Assembly (NCBI GenBank): GCA_039815375.1
Contig: JBCBZJ010000003.1
Coordinates: forward strand, 128,001 to 192,000
DNA from: Verrucomicrobiota bacterium
GTDB taxonomy: Bacteria; Verrucomicrobiota; Verrucomicrobiia; Opitutales; Coraliomargaritaceae
Reading direction: 5' to 3'
DNA length: 64,000 nucleotides
The notes under the pieces are model-generated. The model was given only the letters and a program-made list of their open reading frames with translations, was not told the origin of the DNA and made no database searches. Below, piece after piece: positions 10,427-21,941 of the stretch. Each line of letters begins with the position of its first letter. Positions within the stretch are counted from its first letter, which is position 1. The translations under genes were made by a program, and so were the position numbers.

Positions 10427-11599
10427 ATGATTCTCAACGCTAACGAACGGACATTCTCACCATTCAGCTTAATACGTCTCCTAACCACTTGTTTTGGATA
10501 TGGTAATGGGGAAAAAGTTTGCGTCTTGATCGACTTGCCCAATCCGGCAGACATCGAGGATTTCAAGTTTCTTGAGGACGAAACACTTTCCATTCAGAAC
10601 TATGGCCACGAGGTTTTCTACAAAGGTTTCAAGGCAGGTGTACTGGAAGACATGAATTGGACTGGCGGTGAAATCTTCGCTTATAAGGAAACCGGTGGCA
10701 GTAACCTCGACATGGAGGATGAGTGCTACGATCCGGACGGTAGGCTACTCAGTCTGGATAAAGATATCTATTCGACTTATGACATCATTCCTACGGTTTC
10801 GACATTCTCGGCGACAGCACCACTCACAGCAAAGTGCAAAGAGTTTGGCTTCCGAGGTGCGACACTGCATGGCCTCAATCAGATCATTTTGGATACAGGG
10901 CTTTCGGTTGATTATGATATCGTGTCCGAGGAGGCCGAAAAGTTACGCCTCGGGCTGACAAATGCGGATCGCTTTGAAATCGACTTTGAGGTCGAGAGCA
11001 AAGTCTACACGCTGAAGCTACACACGAACGGCCAGAAAGCCCAAAAGAGCCACGGTCTTTGCCCTCCCGGAAAGCCCGACGTCGCGAATCTTCCTGCAGG
11101 TGAGGTTTATTTTGTGCCGGAAGGTGGGGAAGGTGTTTTTCCTTTCAAATATGACGAGAGCACGATCGGTCTTTTGCACGTAGAAGGTGGTCGTATCGTG
11201 AAGTCTCAATTTGTCTACGGCGACTACAGCGAGATTGAAGACCACAATCGCCGCCTTAAGGAAGATCCGATGATAGGTGCCCTTGGCGAGCTCGGCTTCG
11301 GCACGCAGGTGCTTCCATTCTCTGGTCGCGATATCCAGGACGAAAAGATACTTGGCACCATCCATGTAGCGACAGGCCGAGATGATCATCTCGGTGGCAA
11401 TATTACTCCTGATCTCTTCAAGGAACACAAGAATGCCTCTCATGATGACGTTCTCTATGCACCTCACAAGACGCCCGAAATTCGCCTCAAGCAAGCTCGG
11501 ATGTTCCGGGGAGATCAAGTTGAAGTGCTGATAGAGAACTATAAGCCTTCGAAATACATGGTCGACCTTATCGAGGCCGAGCTTCCTCTCGAAGTCTGA
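10427..11599 (+). CDS. M29/aminopeptidase T-like metalloprotein
   Basis: NLPAGEVY, GELGFG, DEKILGTIHVATG, H.D motifs. Confidence 0.7.
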   Translation: MILNANERTFSPFSLIRLLTTCFGYGNGEKVCVLIDLPNPADIEDFKFLEDETLSIQNYGHEVFYKGFKAGVLEDMNWTGGEIFAYKETGGSNLDMEDECYDPDGRLLSLDKDIYSTYDIIPTVSTFSATAPLTAKCKEFGFRGATLHGLNQIILDTGLSVDYDIVSEEAEKLRLGLTNADRFEIDFEVESKVYTLKLHTNGQKAQKSHGLCPPGKPDVANLPAGEVYFVPEGGEGVFPFKYDESTIGLLHVEGGRIVKSQFVYGDYSEIEDHNRRLKEDPMIGALGELGFGTQVLPFSGRDIQDEKILGTIHVATGRDDHLGGNITPDLFKEHKNASHDDVLYAPHKTPEIRLKQARMFRGDQVEVLIENYKPSKYMVDLIEAELPLEV

Positions 11600-11600
11600 G

Positions 11601-12347
11601 GTGCCGGAGAATCCCTACGAGTCGGACGAGCTGCTTCAACAGTATCTCGTATTCCATTACGCGACTGCGGAAAATCAGTTCCCTTACAGTTTTGGGGGAG
11701 CAGATGCTTTGGATTTTCCCAAGCGCTGTGCGCTGGAAGGTCCGGATTTTGATCGCTTAGTAACTTCAGCTCGCGCGTTGGACCTGGGTTGTGCGGTCGG
11801 GCGTTCCAGCTTCGAACTGGCGCGCGAATGTGCCGAGGTCATCGGCATAGATTACTCGCAGGCCTTCATTGATGCGGCAAACCGGATGAAGGCAAAGGGT
11901 TCGCACCCAGCCACCCGGTTGGACGAAGGCTCTGCGACAACCCAGCTCGATCTTCAGATCGACGGTTCAATTTACAGAAGCAGGGTCAGCTTTGAGCAAG
12001 GTGATGCGCAGGCTGTTCGCGAAGATATTGGACAATTCGATCTCGTAATCGCCTGTAACTTGATTTGTCGCCTGCCCGAGCCGATGCGCTTACTGGAACG
12101 ATTGCAAAACCTCGTCAAGTCCGGTGGCCAGCTCTTCATCACGACCCCTTTTACCTGGCTTGAGGAGTATACACCGTCTGAGAACTGGCTCGGGGACGGC
12201 GCTCAGGATTCATTCGCAGGTCTACGAAGAGCACTTGAGCCTGCCTTTACCTTGGACGCGCAGTGGAACATGCCTTTTCTCATTCGGGAGCACGCACGTA
12301 AGTTCCAGTATTCTATTGCTCAGGCGAGTCGCTGGGTGCGGGTTTGA
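11601..12347 (+). CDS. Stand-alone OvoA C-terminal-type SAM methyltransferase (putative 4-mercaptohistidine N1-methyltransferase family)
   Basis: NPYESDELL.QYL.FHY, ALDLGCAVGRSSFELA, NLICRL, TPFTWLEEYTP, FLIREHARKFQ. Confidence 0.75.
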   Translation: MPENPYESDELLQQYLVFHYATAENQFPYSFGGADALDFPKRCALEGPDFDRLVTSARALDLGCAVGRSSFELARECAEVIGIDYSQAFIDAANRMKAKGSHPATRLDEGSATTQLDLQIDGSIYRSRVSFEQGDAQAVREDIGQFDLVIACNLICRLPEPMRLLERLQNLVKSGGQLFITTPFTWLEEYTPSENWLGDGAQDSFAGLRRALEPAFTLDAQWNMPFLIREHARKFQYSIAQASRWVRV

Positions 12348-12364
12348 TCCTAGGGAACGGGCTC

Positions 12365-12392
12365 TTGACATAGGTCTTTTGCGCTCTACGTT
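12365..12392 (+). promoter_or_regulatory. Putative sigma70 promoter of the nusA operon
   Basis: TTGACA-16 nt-TACGTT. Confidence 0.5.
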
Positions 12393-12424
12393 CCCCCATC
12401 CACTTTAACACCATTCAATTTATT

Positions 12425-12451
12425 GAAGCGGGCTTCTGGCGCGCTTTTTTC
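12425..12451 (+). terminator. Leader hairpin plus U-tract upstream of nusA (rimP/nusA-leader-like attenuator)
   Basis: AAGCGGGC-TTCTG-GCGCGCTT followed by TTTT, between the promoter and the nusA ATG. Confidence 0.5.
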
Positions 12452-12468
12452 ATTTCTACAGATCTACT

Positions 12469-13719
12469 ATGAGCCACGAGATACTTTCCGTTCTAGAATA
12501 CATGGAAAAGGAGAAGGGGATCAGCCGTCCGGACATGATCGAAGCCATCTCCGGTGCCATTGCTAGTGCTGCACAAAGAGGTATTAGCGCAGGTCAGAAT
12601 ATCCGCGTTGAGATCAATCCGAAGACCGGCGCGCTCAAGGCGTGGAATATCCTTAATGTGGTCGATTCGGTTGCAGACGATACGCTTGAAATCCATGTCG
12701 AAAAAGCACGCGCTCTTCAAGCTGATGCGCAGATTGGGGAAACTATTGAAAAGGAAATCGACCCGGCTTACCTCGGCCGCATCGCTGCCCAAACTGCCCG
12801 CCAGGCAATTATGCAGCGCATTCGCCAATTCGAGAAGGATCGTATTTATGACGACTATAAGGATGTCGTCGGTGATATCGTGACGGGGACAGTCCGCCGC
12901 CGTGAGCGTGGTGATCTTATCATCGATCTGGGAAAAGCCGAGGCGATTCTCCCACCACGCGAGCGTGTTCCCGGCGAAGATTACGCGCCGGGCGAAAGTA
13001 TTCGTTGCCTGCTTCTAAAGATTGAGCAAACCAACCGCGGCCCGGACATCATCCTTTCCCGCTCCAATATCAATTTCGTGCGTCGTCTCTTCGAACTCGA
13101 AGTGACCGAGATTGCAGATGGGACCGTGAGTATTGAGGCAATGGCCCGAGAGCCCGGTTATCGCACAAAAATCGCGGTCAACAGCGCAGACCCTAAGGTC
13201 GACCCGGTTGGCGCGTGCGTTGGCGCACGGGGTGCCCGTGTGAAAACAATCGTCCGCGAGCTTGGCGGCGAGAAGATCGACATCATCCGTTACTTTCAGG
13301 AACCGCTCGCGCTGTTGGAAGAAGCCCTCAAGCCTGCTGTGCCGAAGAATATCAACGTAAACGAGGTCGACCGCCGCATTCATTTCGAAGTGGCAGAGGA
13401 CGATCTGTCTATCGCGATTGGTCGCAAGGGCTTCAATGCCAAGCTGACCTCCCGCCTGCTCGGTTGGAAGCTCGACATCGGTAAGCTTGAACAGGTGACT
13501 GCCGGCTTCGACGAGAAGGTGGCAAAGGCTGCTGCCGGTTTGGCCGCAATCCCCGGACTCGATCCAGCGCTTGCAGAGCGTCTGGTGTCCATCGGTTTCG
13601 TTAGCCCTGAAGCATTCGAAGGTGTCACTCCTGCTGATCTGGTTGATGCCGGGTTCAGCGAAGATGAGGCCGCTGACGTTATGTCAAAGGTCGATGCCTA
13701 CCTTCAGACTAACGCATAG
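12469..13719 (+). CDS. nusA: Transcription termination factor NusA
   Basis: [11 protein letters not shown]1 and KH domains, DPVGACVG. Confidence 0.97.
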   Translation: MSHEILSVLEYMEKEKGISRPDMIEAISGAIASAAQRGISAGQNIRVEINPKTGALKAWNILNVVDSVADDTLEIHVEKARALQADAQIGETIEKEIDPAYLGRIAAQTARQAIMQRIRQFEKDRIYDDYKDVVGDIVTGTVRRRERGDLIIDLGKAEAILPPRERVPGEDYAPGESIRCLLLKIEQTNRGPDIILSRSNINFVRRLFELEVTEIADGTVSIEAMAREPGYRTKIAVNSADPKVDPVGACVGARGARVKTIVRELGGEKIDIIRYFQEPLALLEEALKPAVPKNINVNEVDRRIHFEVAEDDLSIAIGRKGFNAKLTSRLLGWKLDIGKLEQVTAGFDEKVAKAAAGLAAIPGLDPALAERLVSIGFVSPEAFEGVTPADLVDAGFSEDEAADVMSKVDAYLQTNA

Positions 13720-13763
13720 TTTTCTACCCATTAAAAACTTCGTCTTAATCCCATAATTCATAG

Positions 13764-16157
13764 ATGAGCGTCCGGATCCACCAGCTTTCCAAAGATATAG
13801 GAATGGAAAACAAGGAGCTGCTTGAGCTTCTCAAAACTCGTGGCTTCGAGGTGAAGAGTGCGTCCAGCACGATCGACAACATCAGTGCCGATGCAATTCG
13901 CGAAGAGTTTACTAAGGTCGAGGAAGAAACGGCCAAAGAAACTGAAGCACCTGAAGCTACCGAAGAGCAAAAACCGAGTGCACCTCAGATTCCGGCCGGA
14001 GCATTCGTGAAGAGTGCCGAAGACATCCAGCGTGAGCGCGAAGCAAAGGCTGCCGAGGAAAAGGCGGACGCGGAGAAAGCCAACAAGCCCAAGGCGGTCG
14101 AACCAAAAACTGTCGCACCCGCTCGGACTGAGCCTGTCGAAAGTGCAGCACCGTCCGGTCCGCCCAAACCAAAGACGCCACCTGCACCGCCGCGCCCTGA
14201 GTCTGCCGAACGGACTGTCGGCGGTCCGTCAAAGCCGCCAACTCCTCCTCGTCCAGAGCCTGTGGAACGGGTCACGCCTCCTGCGCCACCGAGGCCACCT
14301 GTGGCTCCTGAAAAAGAAGAAGTTCCAGCAGCTGACGCGAGCGATGCTTCCGATCAGGAGCTCAAGACGATTCATGCCAAGACGCCTATCGTCGTGCGCG
14401 ACTTTGCCGGCGAGATAGGCCTAAAGCCTTTCAAGCTCATCTCCGAACTTATGGAAATGGGTATCTTTGCTTCAATGAACCAAAGCATTGATGAGCCCGT
14501 CGCGAAACAACTTGCCGAACGTCACGGATTTGCACTCGAGATCCACCACCGTGGTGAAGGTGGAGAGCAAGCCGGTGCCAAAAAGCCGAAGGAAGAAAAG
14601 CCCGACGATGACGACCCGAAGTTTCTCGAGCCACGCCCGCCGGTCGTTTGTATCCTCGGCCACGTTGACCATGGTAAGACAACGCTGCTCGATACGATCC
14701 GGAAAGCTAATGTGACTGCCGGCGAGGCTGGCGGCATCACCCAGCATATTGGTGCTTATCAGATCGAGCACAAAGATCAGAAGATTTCATTTATTGACAC
14801 TCCGGGCCACGCCGCATTCTCGAAAATGCGCGCACGCGGCGCGAACGTGACCGATGTCGCTGTCCTTGTCATTGCGGCTGATGATGCTTTCAAGCCACAG
14901 ACTGATGAAGCCCTGAAGTTTGCCAAGGAGGCCAACAACGCCATCGTTGTTGCGATCAACAAGATCGATTCCAAGGGTGCCAATATTGATCGGGTGAAGC
15001 AGCAAATGCAGGAAAAGGGTATCGCCCCGGAAGATTGGGGAGGCGAAACCATCGCTGTTGAAGTTTCTGCCCTCAACGGCACAAATATCGAGGATCTGCT
15101 CGATATGATCATCCTTCAGGCAGAAGTTCTTGAGCTAAAGGCTAATCCGAAATGCCCGCCTTCCGGCACTGTCGTCGAGTCGCAGGTCGAGCAGGGCCGC
15201 GGTGCGACGGCAACGGTTATGGTTGAGCGAGGCACTCTAAAGCAGGGCGATGCGCTGCTCTGTGGTGAGGTTTACTGCCGCGTGAAGTCCATGACAGATG
15301 CGGATGGCAAGGTGATGAAGTCCGTACCTCCGGGCACTCCTGCGAGAATCATGGGCTGGTCCGATGTTCCTGCTTCCGGTTCCAGGTTTACTACCGAAAA
15401 GAACGAGAAGACTGCCAAACGTGCAGCTGAAGAAGCGGTCCAGAAGCGCAAGCTTGCGGACGCAGCCGCTGGTGCTGAAAAGAGCGGCGAAGGTGGTGCA
15501 GCTACGGTCGAAGATCTTTTTGCTGCAATCGAGAATCAGCAAAAGAAGTGCCTTCGCATCATTGTAAAATCAGATGTCCACGGTTCAACTGAAGCACTTG
15601 TCTCTGCGCTCGAAGAAATCGAGAGTGATAAGGTTGACCTTGATGTGATCAGCAAGGGCGTGGGCCACATCACGAAAAACGATGTTACTCTTGCCAGCGC
15701 AGGTGGCGGAACGATTGTCGGCTTCAACGTCAAACTCGATAATGGTGTGCAAAGCCTGGCGAAGCATCACGACGTGCGCATCATTCAGCACGAAATCATT
15801 TACGAACTCATTGATCAGGTCGAAGAGGCCATGGCCGACATGCTTGATGCTGAATACATTGAGCGTAAGTCTGGTGCTGCTGAGATTCGCCAGGTCTTCA
15901 GCGTCGGCAAGAGCCGCAACGTCGCAGGTTGCATGGTTACCGAAGGCACTATCAAACGCAATGGTATCGCTCGACTCATGCGCGGTGGCGAGCTCATCCA
16001 TGAGGGCAAAATCGATACACTCAAGCGCTTCAAGGATGACGTGAAAGAAGTCCGTGCAGGCTATGAGTGTGGTATCAACATTTCCGACTACGATCGCTAC
16101 GAGGAAGGCGACAGCATTGAGTGTTTCGAAGTCGAAGAACAGCGCCCTTCGCTCTAG
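13764..16157 (+). CDS. infB: Translation initiation factor IF-2
   Basis: [27 protein letters not shown]; Pro-rich N-terminal linker. Confidence 0.98.
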   Translation: MSVRIHQLSKDIGMENKELLELLKTRGFEVKSASSTIDNISADAIREEFTKVEEETAKETEAPEATEEQKPSAPQIPAGAFVKSAEDIQREREAKAAEEKADAEKANKPKAVEPKTVAPARTEPVESAAPSGPPKPKTPPAPPRPESAERTVGGPSKPPTPPRPEPVERVTPPAPPRPPVAPEKEEVPAADASDASDQELKTIHAKTPIVVRDFAGEIGLKPFKLISELMEMGIFASMNQSIDEPVAKQLAERHGFALEIHHRGEGGEQAGAKKPKEEKPDDDDPKFLEPRPPVVCILGHVDHGKTTLLDTIRKANVTAGEAGGITQHIGAYQIEHKDQKISFIDTPGHAAFSKMRARGANVTDVAVLVIAADDAFKPQTDEALKFAKEANNAIVVAINKIDSKGANIDRVKQQMQEKGIAPEDWGGETIAVEVSALNGTNIEDLLDMIILQAEVLELKANPKCPPSGTVVESQVEQGRGATATVMVERGTLKQGDALLCGEVYCRVKSMTDADGKVMKSVPPGTPARIMGWSDVPASGSRFTTEKNEKTAKRAAEEAVQKRKLADAAAGAEKSGEGGAATVEDLFAAIENQQKKCLRIIVKSDVHGSTEALVSALEEIESDKVDLDVISKGVGHITKNDVTLASAGGGTIVGFNVKLDNGVQSLAKHHDVRIIQHEIIYELIDQVEEAMADMLDAEYIERKSGAAEIRQVFSVGKSRNVAGCMVTEGTIKRNGIARLMRGGELIHEGKIDTLKRFKDDVKEVRAGYECGINISDYDRYEEGDSIECFEVEEQRPSL

Positions 16158-16166
16158 GTTTTTTCA

Positions 16167-16191
16167 GGTAGGGAGGGCAAGCCTCCCTATC
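16167..16191. terminator. GC-rich hairpin between infB and rbfA
   Basis: GGTAGGGAGG-GCAAG-CCTCCCTATC, flanked by T runs. Confidence 0.5.
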
Positions 16192-16219
16192 ATTTTGATT
16201 CAGGCTTAATTCTTTTGTC

Positions 16220-16564
16220 ATGTCTCAGCGAATTTCCCGTATCAACGAATTGCTTCAACGTGAGGTGAGTGAGCAGATGCGTCGCTACTATCGGAGCGAG
16301 ACAGCCGCGATCACAATCAGTGATGTCGATTGCTCGACTGATTTGCGCAACGCCCGGGTTTATTTCTCTGTTCTCGGCGACGATAGCGCAATTCACGATG
16401 CGGAGGCGATCTTTCGTCGGATTGGCAAAGACCTGCGGCAGCGCGTGAGTAAACATGTTATTCTAAAATACTTTCCCCGCTTCGAATTTGTATATGACCC
16501 GTCTCTCGAACGCGGTGCAGGTATCAACGACATTATTGACCAACTCGATTTAGAAAATGACTGA
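16220..16564 (+). CDS. rbfA: 30S ribosome-binding factor RbfA
   Basis: [23 protein letters not shown]; directly after infB. Confidence 0.95.
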   Translation: MSQRISRINELLQREVSEQMRRYYRSETAAITISDVDCSTDLRNARVYFSVLGDDSAIHDAEAIFRRIGKDLRQRVSKHVILKYFPRFEFVYDPSLERGAGINDIIDQLDLEND

Positions 16565-17564
16565 CCAGAAGTTCTATCCAGAAGAAAGCCAACGCTTTGC
16601 CGCTGCGGTCGAAAAACTCAAAGGTAAAAAGGTCGCGGTGCTCGGTCACCAGCGTCCGGACGGGGATTGCATTGGCTCCATCGTTGCGGTGGTCCGTGCG
16701 CTTAATGCTATGGGCATCGAAGCCGTCGGCCTCAACCGCGATAATGTGCCTAAGGCTCTCGAGAGTTTCGTCGGTGATACGCCGCTCTTTCGTGCGGATC
16801 AGTTTGAGCAGAATGGGCACGTCGCGGTTACCGTTGATTCGGCTGACTTTAAGCGCGTCGGCGATCATTTGAACAAGCTGTTTCCGGAAGTAGCACTTAA
16901 TATCGACCACCATATTTCGAATAAGAATTATGGTGCGGAAAACATCGTCATCGCGACCGCCTGCGCAACCGCCGAAATTCTTGCCGGGTTCTTCCTCGAC
17001 CTGGGTTATGAGATCGATGCGGTGACAGCGCAGAACCTTTATGTCGGTATCGCGACTGACACAGGGCAGTTCCGTTTTCCTTCGACTACGCCGGACACCT
17101 TCGAGATTGCCCGACGTCTTTGCGAGCACGGCGCCAACCCATCCGAAGCGGCCTACCAACTTTACGAGCGGGAGAGCTTCGCAAAGATTCAGCTTCTTCA
17201 GTCTTTTCTCGATTCGCTTCACCTCGAATTCGATGGCCGGGTGTGCATTGGCCTCCTGGAAGACGGCATCTACGAGAAGACGGGTGCCTGCATCGACGAT
17301 GCTGAAGGGCTTGTCGATTACGCCCGTGCGATTGATGGCGTGGATATCGGAGTGCTCATTGAAGACCGAAACGGTTCTATCAAAGGCAGCCTCCGTGCCA
17401 AAAATCCCTTCTACCGGGTCGATCAGGTTGCCAAGCAATTCAATGGAGGTGGCCACGCTTGCGCTGCTGGCCTGAATGTTGAAAACAGCTCGATTGCAGA
17501 GTTTGAACCACAGTTGATGAAAGCTCTGGGCGAACACCTTGAAGCCATCAGCAAGCCTGAGTAA
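16557..17564 (+). CDS. nrnA: DHH-family oligoribonuclease / pAp phosphatase
   Basis: [30 protein letters not shown]. Confidence 0.88.
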   Translation: MTDQKFYPEESQRFAAAVEKLKGKKVAVLGHQRPDGDCIGSIVAVVRALNAMGIEAVGLNRDNVPKALESFVGDTPLFRADQFEQNGHVAVTVDSADFKRVGDHLNKLFPEVALNIDHHISNKNYGAENIVIATACATAEILAGFFLDLGYEIDAVTAQNLYVGIATDTGQFRFPSTTPDTFEIARRLCEHGANPSEAAYQLYERESFAKIQLLQSFLDSLHLEFDGRVCIGLLEDGIYEKTGACIDDAEGLVDYARAIDGVDIGVLIEDRNGSIKGSLRAKNPFYRVDQVAKQFNGGGHACAAGLNVENSSIAEFEPQLMKALGEHLEAISKPE

Positions 17565-17566
17565 CT

Positions 17567-18295
17567 ATGTCCCAAGCACCCAGTGATGCACCCGAAGGTA
17601 TCCTGTTGGTCGATAAGCCACAGGGGATTACTTCGCACGATGTTGTTTCCAAGCTGCGCCGGGTCTTTCACATCAAGAAGATCGGCCATGCGGGCACCCT
17701 TGATCCGATGGCGACCGGTCTGCTTATTATGTTAATCGGCAAGGCGACAAAGGTCTCTCAGTATTTGATGAGCATGGATAAGGAATATACCGGCACTGTG
17801 CGCTTGGGCCAAGTCACCGACTCGCAGGATGCAGACGGTGAGATCATCGAGGAGTGTCCGGTTCCTGAGCTTTCCGAGCAAGTGGTCTTGAAAGAGATGA
17901 AGCGCTTTCTCGGGGACCAATATCAGACGCCGCCGATGTATTCCGCGAAAAAGGTCGACGGACAACCGCTCTATAAGCTGGCCCGAAAGGGGAAGACCGT
18001 CGCGCGGGAGCCTCGAGTAATCAATGTTTCCAAGTTTGAGTTGCTCCGTTTCGCACCGCCGGAAATCGACTTTATTGTTGCCTGTAGCAAGGGCACTTAC
18101 GTTCGAACCATCGCTCATGACTTCGGTCGAAAGCTCAATTGTGGTGGTCACTTGAATGGGCTGCGACGCACGGGTGTTGGTAAGTTCCGTATCGAAAAAG
18201 CGGATACGATTGAAGCGATTGAAGCGATGTCACCCTCAAGTCTGCGTCGTCGTTTGATTCCCGTGGCCCAGGCTGTGCCGAGTCACGTGTTGTAA
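17567..18295 (+). CDS. truB: tRNA pseudouridine(55) synthase
   Basis: [28 protein letters not shown]. Confidence 0.97.
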   Translation: MSQAPSDAPEGILLVDKPQGITSHDVVSKLRRVFHIKKIGHAGTLDPMATGLLIMLIGKATKVSQYLMSMDKEYTGTVRLGQVTDSQDADGEIIEECPVPELSEQVVLKEMKRFLGDQYQTPPMYSAKKVDGQPLYKLARKGKTVAREPRVINVSKFELLRFAPPEIDFIVACSKGTYVRTIAHDFGRKLNCGGHLNGLRRTGVGKFRIEKADTIEAIEAMSPSSLRRRLIPVAQAVPSHVL

Positions 18296-18425
18296 GTGAT
18301 TTTAATCAACTGCAATGAATTCCATGGTAGTGAATTACAAAAAAGGCAGGGAGGCTTAAGGGCAGGCCCTCTGACTGGGAAACATACAAGCATCGAAAAT
18401 TGGACCGAAACCAAAGAACTCTCGT

Positions 18426-19370
18426 ATGAACATTCCTGCCAGCGTTGATAGTTTCGGAGCTCTTGCCGGGTTGAAAGCCGAGCTGCATCTGGCCATGGGT
18501 GTCTTTGACGGTGTGCATCTGGGCCACAAGGCAGTTGTTGAATCAGCTGTCCTTTCTGCCCAGCGTTCGAACGGTGTTAGCGGTGTCCTGACCTTTGATC
18601 CGCATCCTAGCCGGTTGTTTCGTCCCGAGGACGCGACCCGTCTGATCATGCCGATTCAAGTGAAGGTAAAAATGCTTCACAGTATCGGAGTGCATTGTGT
18701 TATCCGGAAACACTTCGACCGTGAATTTGCAGCCATACCTGCGGACGAGTTTCTCGCTCATCTGAAGGATCAGCTGCCAACCTTAAAGTCGATTTACATA
18801 GGCGAGAATTTTCGTTTTGGCCAAAGGCGCGCTGGTGATGTGTCGACTCTTATCCAGACAGGGCGCGAGCTTGGAGTCGGTGTTTTTAGTGCAGACCGTA
18901 TCAAGCACAATGGCGAACCGATCAGCAGTACTCGCATACGCATTGAGCTGGAGGCGGGTCGCATTGCGGAGGCAAACGCTTTGCTCGGTTACAATTATAC
19001 GTCATCGGGGGCGATCGTTGAAGGTGCAAAGTTGGGTAGGCAGATTGGTTTTCCGACGATGAATCTACCTTGGCAGCCTGAGTGCCTTCCGTGTTTTGGT
19101 GTTTATTTTGTTCATTTCCGCAAAACGGGTGAGAGCAAGTGGGCACCGGCTGTTGCCAACTACGGAGTTAAACCGACAGTCGCAGAAACCCCGCAGCTTC
19201 CGGCGATTGAAGTGCATGCGCTGGATCCTGTCGATTATGTTGCCGGGGATCTTCTCGAAGTGGAGTGGCTCCGTTTTATCCGCTCCGAGCAGAAGTTTGA
19301 TTCTGTCGATGCACTGAAGGCGCAGATATCCAAGGATTGCGAAACCGCGCGTTCCATGTTGGGTTCTTAA
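18426..19370 (+). CDS. ribF: Riboflavin kinase / FAD synthetase
   Basis: [26 protein letters not shown]. Confidence 0.95.
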   Translation: MNIPASVDSFGALAGLKAELHLAMGVFDGVHLGHKAVVESAVLSAQRSNGVSGVLTFDPHPSRLFRPEDATRLIMPIQVKVKMLHSIGVHCVIRKHFDREFAAIPADEFLAHLKDQLPTLKSIYIGENFRFGQRRAGDVSTLIQTGRELGVGVFSADRIKHNGEPISSTRIRIELEAGRIAEANALLGYNYTSSGAIVEGAKLGRQIGFPTMNLPWQPECLPCFGVYFVHFRKTGESKWAPAVANYGVKPTVAETPQLPAIEVHALDPVDYVAGDLLEVEWLRFIRSEQKFDSVDALKAQISKDCETARSMLGS

Positions 19371-19453
19371 GTTAGAGGCGGTAGCCCTCAGCTGCCTGCG
19401 ATACTTGCTTTACGAAACCGGACGAGACAGGGCAGTCATTACTAACTTCCAAA

Positions 19454-20389
19454 ATGTCCCAACGCATCATAGAATTTCAGGTTCCAGAGGGTGTTGCAGC
19501 GGTTCGTGCTGATAAGCTCTTTGCGGCGGAGTTTGAAGACATTAGTCGGGCACGTTTGCAGCGCGCATTCGAAGCTGCACAGGTAACTTTCGATGGGGAA
19601 GTGATTGGTAAGCGTTTCAAGATTAACTGCCCAGGTTTACTGCGCGCCGTGCTTGATGAGCCGGAATTTGATGCTCCGCCGAGGCCCGTCGATCTGCCGC
19701 TGGATATTGTTCATGAAGACGAATCGATTGTTGTGGTGAACAAAGTGTCGGGCATGGTCACGCATCCGGGTAGCGGGACTGGGGACGATACGCTCGTGCA
19801 TGCCCTGCTACATCATTGCGGCGAGAATTTAAGCACGGTCGGTGCACCCGACCGCCCCGGAATCGTCCATCGGCTCGACAAGGAAACAAGTGGCCTGATT
19901 ATTGTCGCGAAGAATGACAAGGCCCATCACAAGCTTGCGGCTGCCTTCAGCCTGCGTGAGACCTATAAACGTTATACCGCACTTGTTCTTGGGGTGCCGC
20001 GGAGGTCTTCGGGATCATGTCGCGAGCCGATTGCGAGGCATCCGGTCGTGCGTACACGGATGGCTGCTTTACCGCATGGCCGGGATGCGCATACGGACTG
20101 GAAGGTTGAGGAAGCCTTTGGAAAGAAGGCCGCTTTGGTCAGCTGTGTTATCCATACGGGGCGCACGCACCAGATCCGGGTGCACATGAGTACTTCTGGT
20201 TTTCCGCTGTTGGGCGATACGACTTATGGGTTTAAGCCGAATCGACTGAAGCAAGTGGATGTCCCTCGTGTCATGTTGCATTCGACCGAGCTTCGAGTGG
20301 CGCATCCGGAATCTGGTCAGATGGTCGCCTTTGCCGCCCATTTGCCTGACGATTTTGAGTTGCTCATCGAAAGCTTGAAGCATCGCTGA
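19454..20389 (+). CDS. RluA/RluD-family pseudouridine synthase
   Basis: [22 protein letters not shown]. Confidence 0.93.
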   Translation: MSQRIIEFQVPEGVAAVRADKLFAAEFEDISRARLQRAFEAAQVTFDGEVIGKRFKINCPGLLRAVLDEPEFDAPPRPVDLPLDIVHEDESIVVVNKVSGMVTHPGSGTGDDTLVHALLHHCGENLSTVGAPDRPGIVHRLDKETSGLIIVAKNDKAHHKLAAAFSLRETYKRYTALVLGVPRRSSGSCREPIARHPVVRTRMAALPHGRDAHTDWKVEEAFGKKAALVSCVIHTGRTHQIRVHMSTSGFPLLGDTTYGFKPNRLKQVDVPRVMLHSTELRVAHPESGQMVAFAAHLPDDFELLIESLKHR

Positions 20390-20505
20390 TGAGTTCGACC
20401 TTTCTCTGAGGTTTTGAGTATACGTTTTCCCGCCAGCTTTTGAATTTTTTGCCAAGACACGACTACTTCCAGTCTTCCGTGGCCAAAAACCGCCTTGGAG
20501 CATAG

Positions 20506-20886
20506 CTGGCTTCAAAAGAGAGTGAAGTTGAATCCAGTGGACGATCCGCGACTATAGGAAAACTCGAAGTGTTCGTAGACCCGGACGGAAACGGCAGCGC
20601 CTTTACTCCCGCACCAACCGATCAGGTTTATACGACGCTGTTCAAGGTGGACTTGGAGTCTGTCAAGGTTGCAAGTGGAAGCTATTTTTCAGAGGATAAG
20701 CGCATTGATCCAATTGTTCTGCGAAATCCTCAAGGCGTCGGTGAAATATCTATGCATGCTCGGCAGGGGACAACTGGTGCAACTCTTGAATCCAAGGCAT
20801 CTGCACAAGCTGTTCGTAATGCTTGGGGTAGCGATATACCTCCTCAGATTTTGATTATACAAATCGCGGATGCTGTCACTTTGTAA
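20506..20886 (+). pseudogene. Probable 3' fragment of a larger gene
   Basis: Frame stays open upstream of GTG 20569 to a TAG at 20503-20505 and is open again before it; no good start. Confidence 0.35.
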
Positions 20887-21259
20887 GCTGAAGACACTGA
20901 TTGCTTTTCTACTCACCGCGATATTATCCGGTGTACTTCTACTCGTTGTATATCCGATTTACAGCGCGTCTTCGATTCATTGGCCAAAAGTCGATTCCTA
21001 TGAGGAGTTATTGGATGGTTGTGACCAACTACTGGAGCATTATACAGAAGGAACTGACGTGCCCAAAAATGCTTGGCCAGAAGCTTTGCTGCGGATTGAA
21101 CCCAGATATGTTTTTATCGAAGATGGCTATATTAACATCGTTATCAGCACCGGAGGAATTGGCGACAGTTGGGGATTAATCGTTACCTCAAAAGACATAG
21201 ATACTGTTCCCACGTACGCAGTACGAACCGAGAATCCCCGAATCTTCAGATACAAGTAG
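20870..21259 (+). CDS. Hypothetical protein with N-terminal membrane helix
   Basis: 129 aa ORF, visibly more AT-rich than the flanking genes, one hydrophobic segment. Confidence 0.6.
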   Translation: MLSLCKLKTLIAFLLTAILSGVLLLVVYPIYSASSIHWPKVDSYEELLDGCDQLLEHYTEGTDVPKNAWPEALLRIEPRYVFIEDGYINIVISTGGIGDSWGLIVTSKDIDTVPTYAVRTENPRIFRYK

Positions 21260-21307
21260 GTCAAAGCCGTTTGCTGTGCCTACCAGATCACATTGCGATT
21301 TTCATGA

Positions 21308-21427
21308 AATAAGCCCTCTGAGTTTGTCGTTTCTAAACCTCCAGAGCAATCATCAAACTGGTGGCTTTGGCTTATCGGTGTGGTTGTTATCGTTGGTGGT
21401 ATTCTGGTTCTTCGCTCGAATAGGTAG
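21308..21427 (+). pseudogene. Orphan C-terminal membrane-anchor tail
   Basis: Manual translation NKPSEFVVSKPPEQSSNWWLWLIGVVVIVGGILVLRSNR*, with a stop immediately upstream and no start codon. Confidence 0.55.
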
Positions 21428-21589
21428 CGCGGTCCTGCCCGTTTGTTTGTATTACAATAAGGTCCGGGACGATAACAACTACTGGCAACCTAACTCTCGA
21501 AACGAACCGGCACCAGTCCTAGTATTTGCCCGACATGGCTATTCGGGTAAGGTTTGGTTCGGAGCTTTAGAAGATCTAGCTTTGGTTGC

Positions 21590-21862
21590 TTATTTGCCCA
21601 TTAGCGCAAGCGCTAAGACGCTTTCATAGGCGATCCAGAGAACAAGGCAAATGCCGACTAGAACGGTGACTATTTGCATCCATTTACGTCGTTTACGCGG
21701 CAAGTCGAACGGCTTGAATCGATGCCTATGGGTCTCGCTTTGGCCGAGGTAGCTACTGAGATTTGCACTCTCCGGGTTTTTCTCATCACTCGCCTTAGGC
21801 AGCTTAAATGCGCCCGAGCGGGCTCGTCTTTCATAACGCCATTTGAAGAAGAAGTGGAGCAT
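21590..21862 (-). CDS. Small hypothetical membrane protein
   Basis: About 90 aa with a C-terminal hydrophobic helix; divergent from panB. Confidence 0.55.
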   Translation of the reverse strand: MLHFFFKWRYERRARSGAFKLPKASDEKNPESANLSSYLGQSETHRHRFKPFDLPRKRRKWMQIVTVLVGICLVLWIAYESVLALALMGK

Positions 21863-21941
21863 TGAGCTTAGTGCACGGTGAATAATTTTGGTTCGCGTAA
21901 GCAAGCTCAACCTGCTTTTTTGGAAGATCAATTCTTAAACA

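Noticed and set aside
14090..14310. Repeat-like Pro-rich tract in infB
   Set aside because: An ordinary low-complexity IF-2 N-terminal linker.
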